Below, in pieces: positions 25,130 through 32,388 of a stretch of DNA of 32,388 bases (the stretch's first letter is position 1; every line of letters starts with the position of its first letter). The translations under genes were made by a program, and so were the position numbers. The notes under the pieces were generated by a model, which ran no database searches, was not told the DNA's origin, and saw only the letters and a list, made by a program, of their open reading frames with translations. Where the stretch lies: IMG/VR virus record IMGVR_UViG_3300044820_000156, positions 1 through 32,388 of that record. The stretch is one strand, 5' to 3'. This DNA comes from a virus (taxonomy: Duplodnaviria; Caudoviricetes).

Positions 25130-25528
25130 TCACACGCTCCGCACAGGAGCAGGTTGAACAGGGGCGTCCTTCGGCGCGGCGTCCTGCTTGACGTCGCGGA
25201 AGGGCATCTTGGTTTGCTTGGGGTTCTGGACTGAGAGGTTGTTGTCCTCGGTGAGCCAGAAGATGCCGATGCCGCGCTCGGGCTTCGGCGGTGCGACTTT
25301 TGTGTCGACCGCGACTGCGACGACGCCACTCGCGTCAATTGCGAACTGAAGGGTGAGCGACATCTTCCCTTTCGCCTTGCCGTGGCGCTTCGCGTGCTCA
25401 GCGAGATCGACGAGCAGGCCGTGCATCTCGCGCGAGACCTCTCCGTTGAATTCGCCGTCGCGGATGTTGGTGAGGAACACCGCAAAGTTCCTCGCAGCGT
25501 TCTCTTGCTTCTCTTGCTTCTCAGACAT
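25130..25528 (-). CDS. YfdP-like partner of DUF2303
   Basis: F..FL..I.DGE.....S..M..L, KGK.SLTL and P.PER...IFWLT.D.NL...NP.Q..M; AAGGAGG RBS. Confidence 0.8.
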   Translation of the reverse strand: MSEKQEKQENAARNFAVFLTNIRDGEFNGEVSREMHGLLVDLAEHAKRHGKAKGKMSLTLQFAIDASGVVAVAVDTKVAPPKPERGIGIFWLTEDNNLSVQNPKQTKMPFRDVKQDAAPKDAPVQPAPVRSV

Positions 25529-25751
25529 CGACTACCTCCTTCACGCACCGTTCAGTTGTGGTTGCATGTGCAACAAATCGACTATTTTATTTCAGGTGAA
25601 AGCACGCCTAGTTACGTGCATCCTGCACGCTTGCGACGCTTGACGCGTCAACAGTGGACAAACGAACAAAGACCAGCGCTACGCGTGCACGCAGTGCCGC
25701 TTTTGAACGAGCCGATCCACCACTGCTGAGATGCAGGTCCATCAAATCCCC

Positions 25752-26018
25752 CTACGCGCTGCGCTTGGTCGGTACGGCGTCAACGATGATCGCGGTCATG
25801 CTCAGCCAGCGCGACCAGCGCACCGCACCTCCGGTGGCCGTCTCGATCGCACGAGCGAAATCGACGCTGATGCGCTGCCACTGCTCGCCGTTGATCACGC
25901 GCTGCACGCGGATCCGGTCGAGGTGGTGCTCTTCGCAGAACGTCGGGATGCTCTTCTTCTGCTTCGTGAGCCAGGTCCGAAGGTCTCTTGCGCCAAGTGT
26001 GATGCGTCGCTCTGCCAT
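25752..26018 (-). CDS. cro: Cro-like HTH regulator
   Basis: L..WL.......F......R.RVQRVING...S...A.AIE.ATGGAV motif. Divergent from the repressor. Confidence 0.75.
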   Translation of the reverse strand: MAERRITLGARDLRTWLTKQKKSIPTFCEEHHLDRIRVQRVINGEQWQRISVDFARAIETATGGAVRWSRWLSMTAIIVDAVPTKRSA

Positions 26019-26025
26019 GGCGACC

Positions 26026-26062
26026 ACAATGGCTTTTATTTGGAACCGTGTCAATTAGAACG
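26026..26062 (-). promoter_or_regulatory. Leftward early promoter/operator for cro (probably leaderless)
   Basis: Minus strand TTGACA (26054-26049), 17-nt spacer, CATTGT (26031-26026), then ATG 7 nt later with no RBS. Confidence 0.7.
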
Positions 26063-26083
26063 TGTGGCACTGCACTTTCCGCA

Positions 26084-26689
26084 ATGAAGGCGATGGATTC
26101 CTATCAGGGCATGACGATCGAGCGGCGTGGCCGTGTCGGCATGACGGCTGAAGAAAAGTCGGCGCGTGCGCTGCGCTTCAAGAGCCTGCGTGTCGCGTTG
26201 TTTCCGACGCAGCAGGCCTTTGTGGATGCTGCGGGAGAGGTGGAGATCGAGCGCTCCTACCTCTCGAAATTCGAGAACGGCGACAATCTCATCACGACTG
26301 GTGACATGCAGGACCGAGTCGCGAAGGTCTTCAAGATCTCCTCGTCGACGCTGCGTGCGTACCTCGATGGCGACCTGCCGATGACCGAGGTGCTCGCCGA
26401 ACGGCACCGCGTTCCAACGAGTGCTCCGGACGATTCACACTTGCCCGCTGCTCTCGTGAACGCGATCGAGCACCATCCACTCAAACGACACGAACGCTTT
26501 CGCGGCGCAGTCGCGGCGGTCTCCGTCCTCCGAAACGAAGCCGGACTCGATAGGTTCACCGAGCAGGCATGGGCGGAGTTGATCGAGAAGACGATTCGAG
26601 CGCTTGAATATGGGGAGTTCCAATCGACGCGCACAAGTCAAGACGACTTGGAGAAGAGACCGCGAGGAATTCCAAAGCGTCCACGTTGA
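26084..26689 (+). CDS. XRE/HTH prophage repressor (ImmR/CI-like, no S24 domain); start uncertain (26084-26141)
   Basis: RFKSLR....TQQAFVDA....IERSYLSKFENG HTH; divergent from cro and upstream of an ImmA-like gene. Confidence 0.8.
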   Translation: MKAMDSYQGMTIERRGRVGMTAEEKSARALRFKSLRVALFPTQQAFVDAAGEVEIERSYLSKFENGDNLITTGDMQDRVAKVFKISSSTLRAYLDGDLPMTEVLAERHRVPTSAPDDSHLPAALVNAIEHHPLKRHERFRGAVAAVSVLRNEAGLDRFTEQAWAELIEKTIRALEYGEFQSTRTSQDDLEKRPRGIPKRPR

Positions 26690-26720
26690 CGCTGCTCGGC
26701 GATGGAGCTTCCATTGCGTG

Positions 26721-27356
26721 ATGGAGGGTGCGGCGCTCGAGGGATTGGCGGAAGCGCTGTATCGCGAGGCCGGTTTCGAACCCGACGAGCCCGAGTCCCC
26801 GGTCGCGATCGCGCGGAAGGTGATCGGCGCTGATGCAGTGGAGATCGTACCGCCAGGTGCACTTCGCTTCACGCCCGCGCAGCTCGCTCTCGTGAATGGT
26901 CGCTGGCGCATCTTCGTGCGTCGTTCCGAGCCGCAAGCGCTGACGTTCTCGGTCGCGCACGAGCTCGCGCACTGGGCACTTCGACGCGAGGGCTACCAGG
27001 GGCAAGACGAAGAGCGGCTCGCGGACTACCTCGGCGCGTGCCTCATCGCACCAGCAGCGGCGTTCGCGCGTGCGGTGAAAGCCGTCGGTGACGACATGGC
27101 GGAGCTCTCGGAGATCTTCGGCACGACGCAGTCGCTCGTGGCGCTGCGTTGGGGCGAGCGAACGTCGACGCCGCTTGCGCTCGTGCGGCCTGGTCTCGTG
27201 CGCGTCCGCAGCCAGCTCGAGTTTGTGTGGCCTGATGAGCGAACGATCCGACGGTGGGCGCATGGCACTCCACCGAAGGGCCTCGCAAAGACGAAGCTCA
27301 CCGATGACCCGCGGCGCGTGCTGTTGATGGCCGACGAGCTCGCCGAACTCGGCTAG
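26721..27356 (+). CDS. ImmA/IrrE-family metallopeptidase (anti-repressor)
   Basis: FSVAHELAHW (HExxH), EERLADYLGACLIAP and a C-terminal HTH-like ELSEIFGTTQS. Confidence 0.88.
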   Translation: MEGAALEGLAEALYREAGFEPDEPESPVAIARKVIGADAVEIVPPGALRFTPAQLALVNGRWRIFVRRSEPQALTFSVAHELAHWALRREGYQGQDEERLADYLGACLIAPAAAFARAVKAVGDDMAELSEIFGTTQSLVALRWGERTSTPLALVRPGLVRVRSQLEFVWPDERTIRRWAHGTPPKGLAKTKLTDDPRRVLLMADELAELG

Positions 27357-27745
27357 CCACGCTGCGCGATCGCGCCACCGATGGCGCTGACAAGCGGTTG
27401 AGCGGCAGCAGCTGAGGCGTACTTCGCGACCATAAACTCGCGACCGCCGACGTTGATCCACACCGACGGTTGGCTGGCGATCGCCATCTCGATCAGACGC
27501 TTCACCAGGATGATGCCGCCCGCGAGGGCGAGAACTAGTCCGAGCAGCACGATGATCGATCCCACGAGGAAGCACGGGACCGACAGCACAACCAAGAGCA
27601 GCGGAAACACGACGCTCACCGGCTGCGACGCAACGACGCGCACGCCCCCAATCGACGCCGTTGTCCACGTCCCCTGAGACGTCTGCACGTGCGTCGGAAA
27701 CACGCTGACCTGATTGTCGGCGAAGAGCGGCGCGGGTTCGTTCAT
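27353..27745 (-). CDS. Membrane protein, DUF6232-like
   Basis: Short beta N-terminus, a hydrophobic hairpin (VVFPLLLVVLSVPCFLVGSIIVLLGLVLALAGGIILV) and a C-terminal V.AI..AI..RG. Confidence 0.65.
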   Translation of the reverse strand: MNEPAPLFADNQVSVFPTHVQTSQGTWTTASIGGVRVVASQPVSVVFPLLLVVLSVPCFLVGSIIVLLGLVLALAGGIILVKRLIEMAIASQPSVWINVGGREFMVAKYASAAAAQPLVSAIGGAIAQRG

Positions 27746-27790
27746 CGACCGCCAAAGTACCGGCTTTCTCGGTCTCCCCACGGACCAAAC

Positions 27791-27837
27791 TTATTTGGAA
27801 CGTTCTACTTGACACCGTTCGAGGTGGTACGTATTGT
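27791..27837 (+). promoter_or_regulatory. Rightward early promoter/operator (PL-like)
   Basis: TTGACA (27809-27814), 17-nt spacer, TATTGT (27832-27837). Shares an 18/20 element with the cro promoter. Confidence 0.75.
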
Positions 27838-27879
27838 TAGTTCATCGGCAGCGTGGTGGCTGCGACGGAGGGTGCGGGG

Positions 27880-28098
27880 ATGGTTCAGGCGTTCGGGTGG
27901 TGCGACAAGTGCGGTGCGGATCTGGGCAAGGGCGACGAGGATCAGATCCTCTGCGGCAACTGCCGCCGTCGCGTGTTGCAGCGCAAGCTGCGCACGGCTG
28001 AGAAGGAGTACGCGACCACGAGTGACCGCTTGTGTGCGGAGCGCGCGTACCAGGAGATCCGTGAGATCGAGAATCGCCTGAGCGAGGTCGCGTCGTGA
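27880..28098 (+). CDS. Small Zn-finger protein (CDKC...CGNC)
   Basis: First ORF after the promoter; GGAGG upstream. Confidence 0.55.
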   Translation: MVQAFGWCDKCGADLGKGDEDQILCGNCRRRVLQRKLRTAEKEYATTSDRLCAERAYQEIREIENRLSEVAS

Positions 28099-28385
28099 AG
28101 CGCATCGTCACGCGTCTCGGTTCGACGGTGGTGATCGACGAGACCATCTGCTTCGTTCCGCGCCACGACTACCCAATCGACGTGACGACGCGTGTGAGCG
28201 CGTTGCATCCGCACGGTGATGTGATCGAGGCGTGCGCGTTATGGCACTTCGGCAACCGAGCATTTGTATCTGTCGCGTACTCGCACAAGTCCCGCGTCGC
28301 TGCCGTGAGGGCCGAAGCGAGTTTGGTCGGTGCCCTCAACACGATGCGCGGACTCGACGTGCTCGGAACCCGGAGGGCAGCATGA
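28095..28385 (+). CDS. Hypothetical protein
   Basis: GTGA overlap with the upstream gene and GAGG RBS; 96 aa. Confidence 0.55.
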   Translation: MKRIVTRLGSTVVIDETICFVPRHDYPIDVTTRVSALHPHGDVIEACALWHFGNRAFVSVAYSHKSRVAAVRAEASLVGALNTMRGLDVLGTRRAA

Positions 28386-28717
28386 GCCTCTGCGCTCGCA
28401 ACGCTCTCTGCATCTACGAGGAAGGCCACGGGGGAGCGTGCTTCAAGTGGCTCAGAAACCTGCAACCGTCGATCGCCAAGGCGCCCGTGCGCGTCTACGA
28501 CGTGCCCGCGTTGCAAGCCCACGTGCGCGAGCTGCGTGAGAAGGTCGTCGCTGGCTGCGATCTGCCGGTGAGCGATGACGGCGAGACGCTCTCTCTCGAG
28601 GTGGGCAGGCTCCACACGGCGCTCTCGCTCGGTGGGATGGCGCTGCACTTCGCGCGGCGTGAGCTGAAGGTCGAGCCGCTGCCGGCGATGTTGCCTCCTC
28701 TTCGGAGGGCCAAGTGA
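28382..28717 (+). CDS. Hypothetical protein with N-terminal C...C...GH.G.C knuckle
   Basis: ATGA overlap and GGAGG RBS. Reads MSLCARNALCIYEEGHGGAC. Confidence 0.55.
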   Translation: MSLCARNALCIYEEGHGGACFKWLRNLQPSIAKAPVRVYDVPALQAHVRELREKVVAGCDLPVSDDGETLSLEVGRLHTALSLGGMALHFARRELKVEPLPAMLPPLRRAK

Positions 28718-28869
28718 GCCCCGAGATGCTCTGGCTCATGGTGCGTCTGTTCCGCATCGAGCTTTCGCGCGCGTCGAACGACGAGGACGTCGAGCACTTC
28801 AAGAACTGCATCGCGCACTGGGAGCTGCGCGCCATCGAATCCGAATTCCCATCAGGAGAATACGCATGA
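28714..28869 (+). CDS. Small hypothetical protein (51 aa, below the track cutoff)
   Basis: Translated by hand as MSPEMLWLMVRLFRIELSRASNDEDVEHFKNCIAHWELRAIESEFPSGEYA. Fills the gap exactly with 4-bp overlaps; GGAGG RBS. Confidence 0.55.
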   Translation: MSPEMLWLMVRLFRIELSRASNDEDVEHFKNCIAHWELRAIESEFPSGEYA

Positions 28870-29243
28870 TCACGCTCAGAGACTTTGGTTCTGCACTCGC
28901 CGCGATCGAAAACTTCCGTCTGGCAGAAGAGAACGACGAGGCGCGCGAATTGCGCGGTGTGCTCGCGATCGACGTGATCACCTACGTTCGGAAGATCATC
29001 CACGCGCTCGAACGCACGACTCGCGACGAGTTCTTTGCTGCGACCGCACCGCTGCGCACCATCGAAGAAGCGATGAGTGAGACGACGTTGGATTCGGCGC
29101 GCGAGTACATGCTCAAGGCGCTGGGAGAGTTGTCGATCCCTATCGCAGAGGTGTGCTGCGACATCATCGATCCCGTCGCGAGCGTCGAGGTCGCCTCCAT
29201 ACCGGACAGCACGATCGGGTCGCTCCACGACGCGATCTTCTGA
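28866..29243 (+). CDS. Acidic helical hypothetical protein
   Basis: 125 aa with AGGAG RBS. Confidence 0.6.
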   Translation: MITLRDFGSALAAIENFRLAEENDEARELRGVLAIDVITYVRKIIHALERTTRDEFFAATAPLRTIEEAMSETTLDSAREYMLKALGELSIPIAEVCCDIIDPVASVEVASIPDSTIGSLHDAIF

Positions 29244-29253
29244 TCGCCACACT

Positions 29254-29366
29254 TCGGGCACGCAGCCCGAGGCAGCGCCGCGCGCGGCACCTCCAGATTG
29301 CCCCCCCCCAATCTGCCCCGCGCGCGACGTTGCCTTGGTCTGCGTGAAGCACGCACCAACAAGGAG
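29254..29366 (+). other. Structured intergenic leader (three predicted hairpins, one with a C8 loop)
   Basis: Hairpin 1: TCGGGC...GCCCGA. Hairpin 2: CGCGCGCGG/CCGCGCGCG outer stem with inner CAGATTG-C8-CAATCTG. Hairpin 3: CCTTGGT.TGCGTG-AAG-CACGCACCAA.AAGG, reaching the RBS. Confidence 0.55.
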
Positions 29367-29374
29367 ACACTCAG

Positions 29375-30355
29375 ATGGTTCAATCAGTCGAGGGAATGGT
29401 GGTCGATCCGGCCACGCCGAGCGCGTACCAAGGCCTCCAACAGCGCGTCTCGCCCGACGCCGCGAAGAAGCGCTTCATGCAGCTTCAAGCGTTCGTGCAG
29501 GCGGCGATGGTGAAGGGCGTCGACTACGGCGTGCTCTTCGAGAAGAAGGGCGACAAGGAGGAGAAGCAGGTGCTCTTCCAACCCGGCGCGCAGAAGCTCT
29601 GCGAGTTGTATGGCCTCACGTGGAAGTTCACGTGGCGCGAGGCTGTGAAGGACTGGGACAAGGGCTTCTTCTACTTCGAAGCCGAGTGCGTGCTCAGTGA
29701 CAACGCGACGGGTGCTTGGGTTGGCAACGGCATCGGATCGTGCAACTCGCGCGAGGATCGCTACGCGTATCGCTGGGAGTACCTCGATCGTGTCCCGAAG
29801 GGTGTGTCAACGGGGGGACTCAAAACCAAGAACGGACGGGACGGCAAGCCGTTCATGGTGCGGATGCCCAACGAGGACATCTACAGCCTCGTGAATACCC
29901 TTGAAAAAATGGCGTGCAAGCGCGCACTCGTGCACGCGGTGCTCGGTGCGACGCGATCATCGGGCCTGTTCGCGCAGGACATCGAGGACATGTCCGACGA
30001 CTTCTTCACCGAGATCGACGTCACCACGAAGACTGAGGTGGCGACCAAGACCAAGGCGGTTGTGATCCTCGAAGAGATGCTCGCGAAGGCGTTCACTGAC
30101 GAGGAGTGCAAGGCGGTCGGTCGGCACACCATGGGCGCTGAAGCGATTCAGTCCATCACTGCCGCGGAGCGCGCCGAGCTCACCAAGCAGATCGCCGCGC
30201 GTCGCAAGGAGATCAAGGACGGGAAGATCGTGTCGCCGCCCAAATCAGAGGAGAAGGCTGAAGCTGCTGCACCGGTGGCGCCCGCCGCTCCTGCGAGCGA
30301 GCCGAAAACCGCCTACAACCCATCGGAGCAGGACGCTCCGCCGCCGGAGGAGTGA
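29375..30355 (+). CDS. Putative single-strand annealing recombinase (Rad52/Sak-like)
   Basis: GVDYG, L.QPGAQKL, GIGSCNSRE.RY and NT.EKMA.KRALV.AV......SGLF.QD.ED, then a disordered tail. Paired with an exonuclease. Confidence 0.65.
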   Translation: MVQSVEGMVVDPATPSAYQGLQQRVSPDAAKKRFMQLQAFVQAAMVKGVDYGVLFEKKGDKEEKQVLFQPGAQKLCELYGLTWKFTWREAVKDWDKGFFYFEAECVLSDNATGAWVGNGIGSCNSREDRYAYRWEYLDRVPKGVSTGGLKTKNGRDGKPFMVRMPNEDIYSLVNTLEKMACKRALVHAVLGATRSSGLFAQDIEDMSDDFFTEIDVTTKTEVATKTKAVVILEEMLAKAFTDEECKAVGRHTMGAEAIQSITAAERAELTKQIAARRKEIKDGKIVSPPKSEEKAEAAAPVAPAAPASEPKTAYNPSEQDAPPPEE

Positions 30356-30356
30356 G

Positions 30357-31523
30357 ATGCGCGCCTCCGCATCGAAACTGGGATTGCTTCGGTCGTGCGC
30401 CTTCTTCGCGCGACCGGAGCTGCCCTGGGACGACTCCTCCGATCCGAGCGGGCAAATGGGCTCGGCATGCCACGACGCCAAGGAATCCTTGCAGAACGGC
30501 CGCGAGCCCGACGTCACCGCAATCGCAGCAGCGCGCAACCTCAACGCTCGCCAGACCGAGGCGCTCACCAAGGCGATCCCGATCCTCCGAACACTCGACG
30601 TGCCACGAATGGCACTCGCCGAGGTCGCGTTCGCGGTCGACCTCGCAGCGATGACTGGGCGTGAACTCGGACGCTCGATCGGTCGTTTGTACAAGGAGCA
30701 CGGCCAGACCGACGCAGAGATTGGCGCGACCGCCGACCTCGTGTGGATGCTCGTCGAAGAGAACGACCGCGTCGTCGTGTGCGATCTCAAGACGGGCATG
30801 TACGGTCGCGTTTCCGATCACCGCGACCAGCTCATGGCGCAAGCGCTTGGCGCGATGAAGGCCTACGGCGCCGAGAAGGCTCGCCTGATGGTCATCCACG
30901 CCCGACCGGGCGAGGAGCCGTCCTACGACTGGAAGGACGTCGAAGACTTCGAGGTCGAAGCATGGGCCATGGAGATGGCTGCGATCGTGGACAAGGTCTC
31001 CGAGTCGAAACCGACGCCGGGTGCGCACTGCGCGGACTACTGCCCGGCGCTCGCCGCGTGCCCTGTCGCGCAGCGCGTCGCCGAACTCGTGCCGGTCGAT
31101 CGGCTCACCGCCAAGCTCCTCGGTCCGATCGCTTCGCCGGCAGAGGCGAGCGCTCGCCTCGCTGTCTGGCCTGCGTTGAAGGAGGCAATGACCTCGTTCG
31201 AAGAGGAGTTGAGGCGGTACGCGATCGAACACGAAGGCATCGCGACCGAGGACGGGTTGTGGAAGCAGGTCGACAAGACTGACCGCACGCTCGTGCCGTC
31301 GCCTGACGCGATGGCGGTCCTCGTCGAAGAGCTCGGCGAGTTGCACGCGCATACGGCGCTCAAGTTCACGCTCACGCAGACGGCGATCAAGGCAGCGATT
31401 GAAGCCGCAGGGCTCGCTCCAGTGAGCGCAGCGATGACGCGAATCATGGGTCGGCTCGACAAGGCTGGAGCCATCGAGAAAACGACAGGCAAGAAGTTCG
31501 ATTTCGTCAAGAGGGTCGCATGA
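30357..31523 (+). CDS. PD-(D/E)XK exonuclease, Cas4/DUF2800-like
   Basis: N-terminal S.S.L....C, G...H, GATADLV, VCDLKTG, QL...ALGA and PGAHCADYCPALAACP (split four-Cys Fe-S pattern). Confidence 0.8.
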   Translation: MRASASKLGLLRSCAFFARPELPWDDSSDPSGQMGSACHDAKESLQNGREPDVTAIAAARNLNARQTEALTKAIPILRTLDVPRMALAEVAFAVDLAAMTGRELGRSIGRLYKEHGQTDAEIGATADLVWMLVEENDRVVVCDLKTGMYGRVSDHRDQLMAQALGAMKAYGAEKARLMVIHARPGEEPSYDWKDVEDFEVEAWAMEMAAIVDKVSESKPTPGAHCADYCPALAACPVAQRVAELVPVDRLTAKLLGPIASPAEASARLAVWPALKEAMTSFEEELRRYAIEHEGIATEDGLWKQVDKTDRTLVPSPDAMAVLVEELGELHAHTALKFTLTQTAIKAAIEAAGLAPVSAAMTRIMGRLDKAGAIEKTTGKKFDFVKRVA

Positions 31524-32388
31524 ACACGCAAAGAGACTTGAGCAAGATCCCGGTCATCATCAAATACGGCAGCCACCAAAAGCTCACCGCCAAAGAGAAG
31601 AACGGCGAGCTCCAGGCCTGCGTGATGGAGGCGGTCGCCTACGTCGCAGGCGAGCCGTGGAGCGACCATCCGAAGTGCGCGTGCCCAGTCATCACCGCGT
31701 TCATGATCCGGTGGAACGACAACCTCCCGAGCGACGAGGACCGGACGCGTCTCCTGCGTCCGCTCATTCCGATCATCGTCGGAACGCGTTCGACGAAGGC
31801 CATCGAGAAGCAGCGGGCGTGGATGGCGGTCGATTGGTCCGTTCGCGTGCGGACTCCGAAGATGCTCAGGCTCGCAAAGTTGGACGAGTGGGCCAACAAG
31901 CTCGAGGCACTTTCCACCATTGACTCTGATTCTGCTCTGACTGACGCGCGTCAGGTCATCGACGGTGCTCGCCAAGCGGCATGGGACAAGCGAAGCCAAC
32001 AGCGCGCAGCGATGTTGGCTTCGGTTGGACCATCAGCACACGCCGCCGCCTACGCCGCCGCCTCCGCCTACGCCGCCTACGCCGCCGCCTACGCCGCCGA
32101 CGCCGCCTACGACGCCGCCGACGCCTCCGCCTACGCCGCCGCCTACGACGCCTACGCCGCCGCCTACGCCGCCTACGCCGCCGCCTACGCCGCCGACGCC
32201 GACGCCGCCGACGCCGCCGACGCCGCCGCCGCCGCCGCCTACGCCTACGACGCCTACGCCGCCGCCTACGCCGCCGCCTACGCCGCCTACGCCTACGCCG
32301 CCGCCTACAAGAAGGTCTTTGAGGCAGCGAAGGTCGGTGGGTATTCGGAGGCCTATCGGGTCGCCCGAGAGTTGCTCATTCCGATCTT
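31520..32388 (+). CDS. Conserved phage protein with an Ala/Tyr/Asp low-complexity tract (3' end runs off the window)
   Basis: Not in the track because there is no stop in the window. ATG 31520 (ATGA overlap). Reads MNTQRDLSKIPVIIKYGSH...ACVMEAVAYVAGEPWSDHPKCACPVITAFMIRWND.LP....R..LL.P; I recognise this N-terminal motif from phage proteins that carry Ala-rich repeats. Confidence 0.8.
   Translation, partial: MNTQRDLSKIPVIIKYGSHQKLTAKEKNGELQACVMEAVAYVAGEPWSDHPKCACPVITAFMIRWNDNLPSDEDRTRLLRPLIPIIVGTRSTKAIEKQRAWMAVDWSVRVRTPKMLRLAKLDEWANKLEALSTIDSDSALTDARQVIDGARQAAWDKRSQQRAAMLASVGPSAHAAAYAAASAYAAYAAAYAADAAYDAADASAYAAAYDAYAAAYAAYAAAYAADADAADAADAAAAAAYAYDAYAAAYAAAYAAYAYAAAYKKVFEAAKVGGYSEAYRVARELLIPI
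32042..32308 (+). repeat. 89-codon aperiodic tract using only GCC/TAC/GAC/TCC
   Basis: Read codon by codon in the frame of ATG 31520; every codon fits [G/T][C/A]C. Confidence 0.95.

Noticed and set aside
27797-27820. LexA/SOS box (GAAC/GTTC elements)
   Set aside because: The spacing (GTTC-N11-GTTC; GAACGTTC with no spacer) fits neither GAAC-N4-GTTC nor GTTC-N7-GTTC, so a phage operator is more likely.
30357-31523. CRISPR adaptation Cas4
   Set aside because: There is no cas1, cas2 or array. Pairing with an annealing protein indicates a recombination exonuclease.
32042-32308. Diversity-generating retroelement variable region (all codons NNC)
   Set aside because: DGR mutagenesis of AAC templates leaves many A-containing and mixed codons, whereas here position 1 is never A or C. 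No reverse transcriptase or template repeat is in the window, though one outside it cannot be excluded.
31981-32322. Poly-Arg/Leu ORF in the track
   Set aside because: It is an off-frame reading of the GCC/TAC tract. The real frame starts at ATG 31520 and stays open to the window end.

Overview
The whole window is a GC-rich temperate tailed-phage or prophage segment with lambdoid organisation, cut off at both ends. No integrase, att site, tRNA or host gene is visible. Minus strand 1-12479 is a virion module: TerS, TerL, a Mu-like DUF935 portal, a fibre-like protein, a Mu-like protease/scaffold, a decoration protein, the major capsid protein, neck proteins and a Mu gpL-like contractile sheath (myovirus type). 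Minus strand 12558-26018 is a long early/middle operon starting at a Cro-like gene. It holds a YfdP/YfdQ-like pair, an SLT-like muralytic protein, a Dam-like methyltransferase, a QGD-protein + DUF6745 pair with a 27 x 12-bp repeat, a replication initiator with an internal ori candidate, DnaB, RusA, a small helical-hairpin protein, a proteasome-type ARC/Mpa-like AAA+ ATPase and several Zn-finger ORFs. The plus strand from 26084 carries an HTH repressor and an ImmA/IrrE peptidase. A second promoter then drives small ORFs, an annealing recombinase, a Cas4-like exonuclease and a protein with an 89-codon tract made only of [G/T][C/A]C codons. The most unusual items are the phage-borne ARC/Mpa-like unfoldase that lacks the proteasome-docking tail, two codon-restricted aperiodic repeat tracts, a near-identical operator/promoter at both early promoters, and a structured leader with a poly-C loop. 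All family calls come from motif recognition by eye; no database search was run.
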